DNA of 64,000 nt from an uncultured virus (IMG/VR IMGVR_UViG_3300042881_004667) (lineage: Duplodnaviria > Heunggongvirae > Uroviricota > Caudoviricetes), in the IMG/VR virus record IMGVR_UViG_3300042881_004667; one strand, given 5' to 3'. Every line of letters starts with the position of its first letter. Position 1 is the first letter of the stretch. This document shows, piece by piece, positions 1 to 8,320 of the stretch. The notes beneath the pieces were generated by a model that did not search any database, was not told where the DNA came from, and saw only the letters and a list, made by a program, of their open reading frames with translations. The position numbers and the translations under genes were made by a program.

Positions 1-742
1 ATACCTGGGTGCGAATAGGAGTTGATACCAAGATTGCCGCTTGTTGTACGGTCATGCCAAGAGTTTGTTCGATAGCAATGTCATAAGCAGCGAGTTGCTT
101 ACAGGTTTTTTTAAATTTAAGATGACCACCAAGCAGGTCTCTCCACTCCTGGGACCCCTTCTCCAAATCTTTTGGCCACTTGCGGCTATAGGGTTTGACG
201 CTGGTTTTCAGGTCAGCAAGCGTCAGTTTGTTATTGGCGACAGCAATAATATCAGGAGCGCCAGCCCAAGCACGACCTTCTGAATCGCAACCCCAGACGC
301 GAGCAACGTCATCAGAACCAACAGTGAAGTCATATTTATCCAGAACAGGCGACTCGGCCCAAAGGACCTCCTGGAACTGATCCAGAATTGACGGCATGCC
401 TGCCCAAAAGTTTGCATACTCTTCTTTGATTTCAGGATTTTTATTCCCCTTGAGGTACTGTTCCATGCCGTAGTGAATGGCAGTACCCCTTTCGGCCGCT
501 TGCTCTTTGACACCTGGATTTGCTTTCGACCACATTTCGAGCTTCCGTTTGTTTGCTTCGGAAGCTGTCTCGCTAATTATAGTGGTTACGGAGGGCGCAG
601 GACCAGTGGGTAACGGCGTTGTATAGTGACGTCGACCGTTAAGAGAAATTCTGGCTGCGGTCCTATTCAACGACCGCATGACTTCTGGTTGCTCGTCCTT
701 GGCTTTAATCCAAGGGTCTGACGTATTTAGTCTAGCAACCAT
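1..742 (-). CDS. PD-(D/E)XK exonuclease (partial, runs off the window start)
   Basis: Manually translated open frame from ATG 742 (not in ORF track): PSVTTII...RGTAIH...AGAPDIIA...LADLKTS...QLAAY, the motif order of phage PD-(D/E)XK exonucleases. Confidence 0.8.
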   Translation of the reverse strand, partial: MVARLNTSDPWIKAKDEQPEVMRSLNRTAARISLNGRRHYTTPLPTGPAPSVTTIISETASEANKRKLEMWSKANPGVKEQAAERGTAIHYGMEQYLKGNKNPEIKEEYANFWAGMPSILDQFQEVLWAESPVLDKYDFTVGSDDVARVWGCDSEGRAWAGAPDIIAVANNKLTLADLKTSVKPYSRKWPKDLEKGSQEWRDLLGGHLKFKKTCKQLAAYDIAIEQTLGMTVQQAAILVSTPIRTQV

Positions 743-775
743 TGATGGTTTTGTGTATTACCATTAGTCTATCAG

Positions 776-898
776 ATGAAAGAACCTACTGCCATGGACG
801 GATTCAACTACGCAATTGCTTCAATCCTTGGGGCTATGTTTGTAGTCATTAGTATGGATGCTTACTTGTTTTTCATGGAGGTCGCATCCCGCCAATGA
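776..898 (+). CDS. small hydrophobic protein (40 aa)
   Basis: MKEPTAMDGFNYAIASILGAMFVVISMDAYLFFMEVASRQ; stop overlaps next ATG (ATGA). Confidence 0.4.
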   Translation: MKEPTAMDGFNYAIASILGAMFVVISMDAYLFFMEVASRQ

Positions 899-1167
899 AC
901 AAGTTTTTACTTGGTGTTCAAGGGTACTACTCTTGTTTTGGCTGGCTTGTGCCAGCAATTTGGAAATGGTTGTTGCAATTTTTAACTAAGTTTTGTTTTT
1001 GGAAAATGACTGCAAATTTAACTCGGTTCTATTTTGACTTTGACGACGAGTGCCGCACCGGTTGCTTTGTCAACCTGGCGTACAAAGACGTGGAGACTAT
1101 TGAAGCTGACGAGTACGAAAGGGAGCTACAATCACAGGACGTACCATACACACGTGTAGACCTGTGA
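895..1167 (+). CDS. hypothetical protein
   Basis: ORF coupled to neighbours by overlapping start/stop. Confidence 0.6.
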   Translation: MNKFLLGVQGYYSCFGWLVPAIWKWLLQFLTKFCFWKMTANLTRFYFDFDDECRTGCFVNLAYKDVETIEADEYERELQSQDVPYTRVDL

Positions 1168-1751
1168 CCAAGAAGCGTACCTGGGATACTTACTTTGCAC
1201 CTCTTAAGGCACAACTAGGTGCTCGTAAAGAAACCTTTGAAAAAATCTTTGCACACCTTGACTCGTGTGACGAGCCAATCATTGTTGAAACCGGTACGTA
1301 CCGAGAGGAAAACAACTACACAGGCGATGGCTGCTCAACCTTGTTGTTTGATAACTACATTGACATCCGTGGGAAAGGTCAATTGATTTCAATTGACATT
1401 GACCCAAAGGCTTGTGAGCTAGCGCGTACATCTACCAAGCATGCAGAAGTTATTGAATCAGATTCTGTCGAAGCTCTTGATACGATGCACGGCCATGTAT
1501 CTCTCCTGTACTTGGATTCGTACAACATCACAGATTGGAATCATGATTGGGCGCCTGCTTCTCATCATCTAAAAGAATTGTTTGCAGCGTCCGGTCTCCT
1601 AGGGCCTAACACGTTGATTGTGGTGGACGACAACATTAAAGCACCTGACGGTCGTCGCCATGGCAAGGGACGCCTTGTGTACGAGCTGATGGAATCCCTT
1701 GGGGTAGAACCGTACTTTGACTCTTATCAAATCGGTTGGATCTGGTGTTAA
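1164..1751 (+). CDS. class I SAM-dependent methyltransferase (Methyltransf_24-like)
   Basis: IIVETGT, SIDID, SDSV, LLYLDS and IVVDD motifs in the expected order. Confidence 0.75.
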   Translation: MTKKRTWDTYFAPLKAQLGARKETFEKIFAHLDSCDEPIIVETGTYREENNYTGDGCSTLLFDNYIDIRGKGQLISIDIDPKACELARTSTKHAEVIESDSVEALDTMHGHVSLLYLDSYNITDWNHDWAPASHHLKELFAASGLLGPNTLIVVDDNIKAPDGRRHGKGRLVYELMESLGVEPYFDSYQIGWIWC

Positions 1752-1776
1752 TCTAGTTGTACTACCAAGAAAAGTA

Positions 1777-1986
1777 ATGGCTCTTTCTAATCAAGTTAAA
1801 GGATCCTTAGATGAAGCAGGTCGTCATCTGCGCGATGCACTTGCTTTTGCAGCACGCACTGAACACCCCGTTACCATTAATGCAATTACGGAGTTAATGT
1901 GTCGTCTTGATTCACTGGAAAAAATTGACATGATTATTGAGAAGTTTGATACCAACCATGAAGTGCCACATTCCTTCCGAGGCTGA
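1777..1986 (+). CDS. hypothetical protein
   Basis: ORF MALSNQVKGSLDEA..., helical, in operon context. Confidence 0.6.
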   Translation: MALSNQVKGSLDEAGRHLRDALAFAARTEHPVTINAITELMCRLDSLEKIDMIIEKFDTNHEVPHSFRG

Positions 1987-2131
1987 ACGCCTCGAAAAAT
2001 ACTTTGCAAGATTAACAAAAGAATTTCCTTACATCATGAGTAAGGAGATAGAAAAAGCGATAGCACGTCCATGTAAGTGGGCTAAAATATTAGAAGAAAG
2101 AGTTACGAATCCTGATGTCTCAGGAGAATAA
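1958..2131 (+). CDS. hypothetical protein
   Basis: short ORF in operon context. Confidence 0.4.
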   Translation: MKCHIPSEAERLEKYFARLTKEFPYIMSKEIEKAIARPCKWAKILEERVTNPDVSGE

Positions 2132-2210
2132 ATACACTAAGCCTGAGTTACGCGAACGTATTAAGGATCGCGTGATGGCAGGATCTAAAGGTGGAAAGCC
2201 TGGGCAGTGA
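2115..2210 (+). pseudogene. orphaned native 5' end of the DUF5872-like gene
   Basis: MSQENKYTKPELRERIKDRVMAGSKGGKPGQ then TGA at the cassette boundary; homologous to 2847-2948. Confidence 0.8.
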
Positions 2211-2854
2211 TTTTGTGCTATAGTAAGAAAAGCACAAACCAACCAATGCAAAAACTTTGCCGAGAATGCGGAACCAGAAAGCCGCATGAAACTTTTTCAA
2301 ACAAAGGATACAACTCAGCCGGCAATATAAAAAGAGACAGTGTATGCAAAGATTGCAAATCTTTAGTTAACCGCCGATTTAGATTTTTGTATGGAGCGGA
2401 CGGTCAAAAACAATGTTCTAAATGTGCTCATTATTTAGATTGGGATTGTTTTAGAAGACGCAAACAAGATGGGAAATTATATCTTCATTCTTCATGTAAA
2501 GCTTGTAACAAAATAACCTGGGATAAATGGGTAGCTAATAATGAAGAGCATTATCAAAAAGTAAAAAAGCAAGGACAAGATTTGCTTCATAAAGAGCACA
2601 AAAAATATGAGCGCAGAGGAATAACAAAAGAACAATACGACATTGTGTTTGAAGCCCAGGAAGGTTTATGCGCAATTTGCCAAGAACCTCCCAAGGATAA
2701 ACAATCTTTAGCCATGGACCATAATCATCAAACCAATGAGTTCAGAGGTTTGTTGTGCAAAGAGTGTAATAGAGCTTTAGGCTTATTTGGTGATAATATA
2801 GATGTATTGACAAACGCAGTCACTTATCTTAAAGAGCGAGGAAGTTATGGCTGA
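2207..2854 (+). CDS. endonuclease VII-family homing endonuclease with N-terminal CxxC repeats (likely start ATG 2246)
   Basis: C-terminal CAIC...LAMDHNH...RGLLCKECNRALG Endo VII signature; AT-rich relative to flanks. Confidence 0.85.
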   Translation: MILCYSKKSTNQPMQKLCRECGTRKPHETFSNKGYNSAGNIKRDSVCKDCKSLVNRRFRFLYGADGQKQCSKCAHYLDWDCFRRRKQDGKLYLHSSCKACNKITWDKWVANNEEHYQKVKKQGQDLLHKEHKKYERRGITKEQYDIVFEAQEGLCAICQEPPKDKQSLAMDHNHQTNEFRGLLCKECNRALGLFGDNIDVLTNAVTYLKERGSYG

Positions 2855-3158
2855 AGACAAAAGCAAGTACACCAAACCAGACCTGCGTGAGCGCATTAAA
2901 AACAAAGTTATGCGTGAAGGCCGTGGTGGTAAACCGGGAGAATGGTCGTAGCCGTAAGGCTAACTAATTATTTCGGCCCGTAAGGCTCAGCTTGTTGCTA
3001 GTGAGTACAAAGAAGCTGGTGGTGGGTACAAAGGCGGCAAGGGTGAGAAGCAAAAAGATTTAGAGAAGTGGGGCAAAGAAAAGTGGATGACCAAAGATGA
3101 GTATGAAAAGAGAGGCAAGGCTAAAGCTGCAGCTAAGAAATATAAGGAGAGTAAGTAA
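2847..3158 (+). CDS. DUF5872-like basic protein, N-terminal half; join(2847..2948,2976..3158) by putative ribosomal bypass
   Basis: MAEDKSKYTKPDLRERIKNKVMREGRGGKPGEWS + ARKAQLVASEYKEAGGGYKG... in the same frame; conserved GGKPGxWSARKAQL is rebuilt only if the gap is skipped; final TAA overlaps next ATG; family name recalled from memory. Confidence 0.7.
2946..2975 (+). other. putative programmed translational bypass element
   Basis: TCG (take-off), TAG, hairpin TAGCC-GTAA-GGCTA, ACTAATTATT, TCG (matched in-frame landing codon). Confidence 0.65.
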
Positions 3159-4078
3159 TGGAATTATTCCAGAAGTTTTTAAATCGTGTAAGCCGTGGCT
3201 ACGGTCAAGTAGATAAAAATGTGTTTGGTGGAGTGCTACCTGGCGGGTCTGATAGTCGGTTGGTTACTTCTCCGCAAACTACACTAACGCGTAAAACTCA
3301 AAAGATTACAAACGCAATTACTCCTGTCAATATTCGCGATAAAGTTGTCATTCCTATTTTAGATAAGGGTATTGAAAGTGGAATACTTCCTGCCGCCCCT
3401 GCAATGTTTGCACGTTATTTAAGTGGCACTGATGCTCCTTTAACAAGTTTACCTGCATCAATTAAGCAAGACGTTTCCAGGCTTGCTTCTCAACAAATTA
3501 ATCCAGAAGAAACGGCTCAAGATATTTATAACAACACAATACGTAAAAGAGCTTGGCAACTTTGGGATGAAGCTTGGAATACCAAAAAAGAAGAAGCAAT
3601 TACTAACGTTAAAGCGCAGCAAGGTCCTCTTCAATTTTTTCGAAAAAATGATCAAAATTGGCTAGAACAACGTGCTCAAGAAAGCCCGCTTGTACAAGCG
3701 GAATATGAACGTTTGTTGGCACAAGATACAAGCCCTGAAAAAACAAAAGCTTTAGCAGCAAAAACAGCATACCTTAATGCAGCTCAAAACAGAGACCCTA
3801 ACGCTCCATTTCCGGTAACTCACTCAACCGCGTATAAAGGCCAAGATTTTAAAATTGGACCATCAACCTTAACCCTTGGCTCGTTTACAGTAAATCCTGG
3901 CACAAGAGAAATAATGGATCGCTACAAATTTGATGATTTAGATAAAGGTAAAAACGTGCAGGGTATCTATCCAGATGCACTTGCTGGGGGCAGACCTGCA
4001 GCTATGTTAATTGATTTTGCTTTAAATAGCGGATTAATCACACCACAAAGCGGTTATGACATCCGCGCTAAATATTGA
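3158..4078 (+). CDS. hypothetical protein (306 aa)
   Basis: long ORF translationally coupled to the upstream gene. Confidence 0.8.
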   Translation: MELFQKFLNRVSRGYGQVDKNVFGGVLPGGSDSRLVTSPQTTLTRKTQKITNAITPVNIRDKVVIPILDKGIESGILPAAPAMFARYLSGTDAPLTSLPASIKQDVSRLASQQINPEETAQDIYNNTIRKRAWQLWDEAWNTKKEEAITNVKAQQGPLQFFRKNDQNWLEQRAQESPLVQAEYERLLAQDTSPEKTKALAAKTAYLNAAQNRDPNAPFPVTHSTAYKGQDFKIGPSTLTLGSFTVNPGTREIMDRYKFDDLDKGKNVQGIYPDALAGGRPAAMLIDFALNSGLITPQSGYDIRAKY

Positions 4079-4110
4079 TAATAAAAACAAATAAGACCAA
4101 TAGGTTAATT

Positions 4111-4314
4111 ATGGCAGACAAAGCAATTCAAAAAGGATATACAAAGCGCTACCTTCCAGAAAAAGCCTGGGCCTCACTGTCGAAGGAAGAACGTGCAGAG
4201 ACAGACCAAAAGAAACGTGCCGCAAGCCGGGAAGGAAAGCAATTTATTCCTAACACTGAGCGTGCAAAGAAAGCAGGACGCGCAGCTCGTCGTTATCGCA
4301 ATAGTAAATCATGA
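4111..4314 (+). CDS. DUF5872-like protein, C-terminal half
   Basis: TKRYLPEKAWASLSKEERAETDQKKRAASREGKQFIPNT resembles the C-terminal part of the family as I recall it. Confidence 0.65.
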   Translation: MADKAIQKGYTKRYLPEKAWASLSKEERAETDQKKRAASREGKQFIPNTERAKKAGRAARRYRNSKS

Positions 4315-4416
4315 TATCTTGACAGTGGAGCAATACCGCTCTGGGACTAATAGTCGAAAAGTCTCTCAACATTACAAACGTAGTGCTTAGCAATAAACAG
4401 AGTGGGAAGGAATTGC

Positions 4417-4444
4417 AACCCCGGCTTGATACACCGGGGTTTTT
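4417..4444 (+). terminator. intrinsic terminator
   Basis: AACCCCGG-loop-CCGGGGTT followed by T run. Confidence 0.7.
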
Positions 4445-4477
4445 GCTGTTATATTAATTATTGGATTTAAAATTCTT

Positions 4478-4711
4478 ATGGCAAGGATTGCAAGCAAAAA
4501 CAGTGGCAGGCCCACTAAACCCAGTGGCCCTAGTAAACCAACACCAGTCCCTAGTAAACCAAAACCAGTCCCTAGTAAACCAAAACCAGGTAGGCCCACT
4601 AAACCCGGTGGCCCTAGTATACCAGAACCATTCCCTAGTAAACCAGAACCATTCCCTAGTAAACCAACACCAGTCCCTAGTAAACCAAAACCAGGTAAGC
4701 CCACTAAATAA
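4478..4711 (+). CDS. Pro/Lys/Ser-rich repeat protein (77 aa)
   Basis: 21-bp tandem units (CCCTAGTAAACCAAnACCAGT) encoding PSKPxPV repeats; bounded by two terminators. Confidence 0.55.
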   Translation: MARIASKNSGRPTKPSGPSKPTPVPSKPKPVPSKPKPGRPTKPGGPSIPEPFPSKPEPFPSKPTPVPSKPKPGKPTK

Positions 4712-4766
4712 ACCTGGTATGCCAGGTCGCACTGCCAGATAAAAGCTACAAAATATTTGTTATGAT

Positions 4767-4791
4767 CCCGGTATAGCAACCGGGCTTTTTT
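4767..4791 (+). terminator. intrinsic terminator
   Basis: CCCGGT-atagca-ACCGGG then CTTTTTT. Confidence 0.7.
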
Positions 4792-4795
4792 ATAA

Positions 4796-5425
4796 GTGGC
4801 ATACCTAAATCACAACCTGCCCGACTGGTCTTGCTACATACGTAATGAGTTTCTTTACAACCACAAGCGGGGTCATGGTGAGGTAACCAAGTGTGATGTG
4901 CACTGCGTTGCCAGCATTGAGAAACGTGTGCCACTCTTTGAAGCGTTCCTTGAGAACGGTGTGAACTGGACCAGGCGTCCACTCCATGCGTTCTGCTGGA
5001 AACCTGATGCACCCATAGAACCGTTGGAGGACGTGATGTATTGGGACTGCTTCTCGCCGTATATCGACGTACAGAAACGTGCACGGCTTGCCGGCTTGCA
5101 AGCTGAATTGATTAAACCCAATGGAGACAAGGCCCTTGGGTCCTACATGTTTACTCTTGATTGGTCATGGGAAAACAAGGGTACGACCGACTTTAATTTC
5201 TCAGAGACACCTGAGCATAAGTGCGCACACCTCTTCAAGATGGAGAGTGGTAATTACTATGCGTATCCTAATAATCGAATCATCTGGTACGACAACGCCT
5301 GGACCTTTAATCGAATCAAGCAGAACCCAGGGTATGAGATTGATATGACGGTGTACTCCGTAGAGAACAAAAGGAAGCTGGAGACATCAGACCACTACAT
5401 GTATGAGATAACAAGTGTAGAATAA
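4796..5425 (+). CDS. conserved phage hypothetical protein
   Basis: 209-aa ORF (YLNHNLP...ETPEHKCAH...YAYPNNRI), a type I recognise from aquatic phages. Confidence 0.75.
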   Translation: MAYLNHNLPDWSCYIRNEFLYNHKRGHGEVTKCDVHCVASIEKRVPLFEAFLENGVNWTRRPLHAFCWKPDAPIEPLEDVMYWDCFSPYIDVQKRARLAGLQAELIKPNGDKALGSYMFTLDWSWENKGTTDFNFSETPEHKCAHLFKMESGNYYAYPNNRIIWYDNAWTFNRIKQNPGYEIDMTVYSVENKRKLETSDHYMYEITSVE

Positions 5426-5693
5426 TCTCGTTCCCCCTCTCTTATGATGGGGCAGATAGAGGGCAAGTCACTGTTACATCCTTGAGGTGTATCACACTTG
5501 CTCCATCTATTACTTAGGGTGCAACAAGGAACGTTGCATTAAACAAAGGATCCCCTCGGCCGCATCGTAGATCATCGTAGGCGGACATCCTTGCCCTTAA
5601 CAACACCCCCTATGCTTAGCTCTCAGATGTAGACCATATTGTTGACGTCAACAAAATGGTTTATAGAGATGATGCACAAACCTGGGGGTCACT

Positions 5694-5767
5694 CGGGGAT
5701 TAGCGCAGCTTGGTAGCGCAATTGCTTTGGGAGCAATGGGTCGCAGGTTCAAATCCTGCATCTCCGA
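5694..5767 (+). tRNA. tRNA-Pro(TGG)
   Basis: acceptor CGGGGAT/ATCTCCG, D arm, anticodon stem ATTGC/GCAAT with loop TTTGGGA, T arm GCAGG-TTCAAAT-CCTGC. Confidence 0.92.
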
Positions 5768-5768
5768 T

Positions 5769-5844
5769 CACCTGGTCCGAGCTAATTGGATAAGACGGTT
5801 ACTGCCGCTGCAGGACGATGTAGGTTCGACTCCTACCCAGGTGC
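5769..5844 (+). ncRNA. tRNA-like element with a non-canonical anticodon arm
   Basis: perfect acceptor CACCTGG/CCAGGTG and T arm GTAGG-TTCGACT-CCTAC, but no 5-bp stem/7-nt loop anticodon arm. Confidence 0.5.
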
Positions 5845-5918
5845 TATTAAGAATCTCAATAAACCACGTTTATTGAGAAAACTGATAAATTATAGGTACA
5901 CGTGCACAAAAACTATAC

Positions 5919-6173
5919 GTGACCTGGGACACTGCTAAAAAACGTATCGATAAGAATCGACAAAAGCTTTTGGAGTACAAGAAGACTTTGCAGTGCAAGA
6001 AGTGTGGGCTGAATGATCATCGTGTCCTTGAGTTCCACCACATAGGTGACAAGGATAACAACATCTCATCCATGGTCAACCATGGTTACGCCTGGAGCAG
6101 GGTAGAGGAAGAGATCAGTAAATGTATTCCGCTATGCTGCAACTGTCATAGGCTTGAGCACTGGGTTAGTTAA
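5919..6173 (+). CDS. small HNH endonuclease
   Basis: CKKCG...LEFHH...CCNCHRLEH. Confidence 0.75.
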   Translation: MTWDTAKKRIDKNRQKLLEYKKTLQCKKCGLNDHRVLEFHHIGDKDNNISSMVNHGYAWSRVEEEISKCIPLCCNCHRLEHWVS

Positions 6174-8233
6174 CGACCAACAATACTGCCGGCATTAAAA
6201 CGATTCAGTAAACCTTGGAATGCAGACCCAGCTTTATCCCACCAAGGACGACCAACTGTTTTGGTTCCTGCCACAGAGCCATAAGGTACGTCAATAAGTC
6301 TGTTATTTAAAACAGCTTTGCCCATCCGTGGTTGTATAGAAGGAGTTGGTCCTGTATAGGGAGTAGGTTGGATAGGTTGATTTCTGGTTGGAAAATCTTT
6401 ACCTGTCTGTGCACGATATGCACGGTTAAGAGCTTTACCAGTTTCAGCTAAACCAACTCCACCAAGAACACCACCAACCGCAGGAAGAACAGTTCCAATT
6501 GCAGCAGCAGGTCTTGCGTATCCAGCAGCTTGCAAGGCTTGTAAACCTTTAGCTGTTACGCCTCCTGTTGCAGAACCAATAGCAGTGTTTAATGCAGCAG
6601 TTGTTCCTGCTTGTTGGTAATCACCACGAGACAAAGCATCAATAACACCGGGATCCATTGCCGTTAAAATTCCGCCTGTAGCTAGGCCACCCAGGCCTAG
6701 ACCTCTAACTGGTTTTGCTTGTTCAATTAAAGTTTTAGTTGTTTTGTTTAAGAGTTTATTTGCAGCTTGAGGTCTTAATACATCTCTGTTTATGTTGAAT
6801 TGGTAACTGCCTTCGATAAAGTCTTCATCAAATAAAGATCCAGGTGATGCCGGAACTACCTTTGATGGGGTTATTTCTTTTAAGGAACTTGCATTGTATC
6901 TTGTATTTTCAGGTTGAAATACATTTGTAAATTCATCTACTGTAAAAGGACTATAGGTAGCTTTATCCCCTGGCGGTAAGATGCCAATTTGCCGTAAATC
7001 TGTTTTGGCGGCAAAGCGACCAAATGGGCTAGCCATTTGCTTTTGTTCTGGAAACTCCCCTACTCTTGCGCTAACCGCAGCCGTTGGAGGTATTACAGGT
7101 TCACCTACATTTGGAATCAAACGCGCGTATTTTTCAGCGGCCTGGCTTGGACTAATGCTTTCAGAGCTAGCTAATTTTTCTAAGTTGGCTTGTAATACAA
7201 ATCCAGGTTTTTTTCTTGTATAGCGATCACCTTCTACTTGATATTCAAAAGGCAATCCTCGTTCAGCGAGCAGTGCTTGCAAATCTCCTGTTGTTAATTC
7301 TCCCCTGGCACCAATTAAATCTTTTCTAAAACTGATGTCTTTATTTGGGGCTATGCCCCAAGAGGGACCTGTACCGGGACCAAGATCTTCGTATTGTTTA
7401 AAAGGAACCCTTGGCTCAATGCCTGCTTGTCCTTTTAAAATATCACCTGTATAAAGATACTTTGCTTCGTTCGATGGATCAGCATTTATTCTTGACAAAT
7501 ATATAGAAGGATTTTCTCCTGCTTGTTTTTGTCCAAGACCCCAATTTCCTTCTGCATAACTATATTGAGGATATTTTACATTGCCCCAAATATAACCAGC
7601 CGTACCTGGTGTTTTAGAAGTTAATGCTTTAATTTTGTTTTGTAGTTTTGTAACATTAGTTCCGCTGTTTAATTGTTCTTGTTCATATTCAGTTAATGTT
7701 TTGCCTAACTTATCTGCTAAGATTTCTGCATAATCTTGTGCAAAACGACCAGGGTTTGGACCAGGCGTTACAGTAATTGCTTGTATATCACCTTCTGGAA
7801 AAATTGTTTTATTGCTAATAGCGTTTGCAAAAGAACCTAACTCAGGACTAGGAGCACCTGGACGCCCACTTAAATACTCAGGAAGAGATGATCTACTTCT
7901 ATAAATTTCTCTTGCACTTAATGGAGAATTTGTTTTGATCTCTTTATCAAAAACTCGACTACTAGCAGTTTTTTCAGTTAATGGAATTACTTCATTAGCT
8001 AACATTGGTTGTTTATATGGCAGTGTTCCACCGCGCGTGTAATCAAATAGATTTGAGTCAGCTTGCGGAAACATCCGCATTGCTTCTTGTTGTTTAATTT
8101 TTGAAATTGCGTTTGATTGCAACAAGTCTTGAAAGGGAAGCATTGTTGCAGGCCCTATTCCCAATGTGGATAGGGAAGCTCCCATTGCTTGGATAGCCCG
8201 AAGTTGTTCTTCGGTTAATTTTTCATTAGCCAT
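6170..8233 (-). CDS. large hypothetical protein with Gly/Ala-rich hydrophobic C-terminus (possible virion internal protein)
   Basis: ORF of about 687 aa; ATG 8233 overlaps the stop of the Dps remnant. Confidence 0.75.
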   Translation of the reverse strand: MANEKLTEEQLRAIQAMGASLSTLGIGPATMLPFQDLLQSNAISKIKQQEAMRMFPQADSNLFDYTRGGTLPYKQPMLANEVIPLTEKTASSRVFDKEIKTNSPLSAREIYRSRSSLPEYLSGRPGAPSPELGSFANAISNKTIFPEGDIQAITVTPGPNPGRFAQDYAEILADKLGKTLTEYEQEQLNSGTNVTKLQNKIKALTSKTPGTAGYIWGNVKYPQYSYAEGNWGLGQKQAGENPSIYLSRINADPSNEAKYLYTGDILKGQAGIEPRVPFKQYEDLGPGTGPSWGIAPNKDISFRKDLIGARGELTTGDLQALLAERGLPFEYQVEGDRYTRKKPGFVLQANLEKLASSESISPSQAAEKYARLIPNVGEPVIPPTAAVSARVGEFPEQKQMASPFGRFAAKTDLRQIGILPPGDKATYSPFTVDEFTNVFQPENTRYNASSLKEITPSKVVPASPGSLFDEDFIEGSYQFNINRDVLRPQAANKLLNKTTKTLIEQAKPVRGLGLGGLATGGILTAMDPGVIDALSRGDYQQAGTTAALNTAIGSATGGVTAKGLQALQAAGYARPAAAIGTVLPAVGGVLGGVGLAETGKALNRAYRAQTGKDFPTRNQPIQPTPYTGPTPSIQPRMGKAVLNNRLIDVPYGSVAGTKTVGRPWWDKAGSAFQGLLNRFNAGSIVGR

Positions 8234-8307
8234 CAACCATTCCGCAACGTAGCTTTAACAAACCAAGCAGCCTTAAAGGCTTGACCACACAGCTCAGCCA
8301 TGTAGTT
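8233..8307 (-). pseudogene. orphaned native 3' end of the Dps-like gene
   Basis: NYMAELCGQAFKAAWFVKATLRNG*, 20/24 aa identical to the current Dps C-terminus. Confidence 0.85.
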
Positions 8308-8320
8308 CGTTAACGACCAA

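Noticed and set aside
2210..2972. Endo VII insertion as a self-splicing intron
   Set aside because: No group I P/Q/R/S or group II domain V sequence and no room for a core; the insert does not end in G; it contains a duplicate gene start instead.
2949..2972. Simple stop-codon readthrough or genetic-code reassignment
   Set aside because: Three in-frame stops (TAG, TAA, TAA) would all need reading, and TAG/TAA terminate genes normally elsewhere in the window.
4490..4710. CRISPR array
   Set aside because: The repeats are contiguous 21-bp coding units with no unique spacers, and no cas genes are present.
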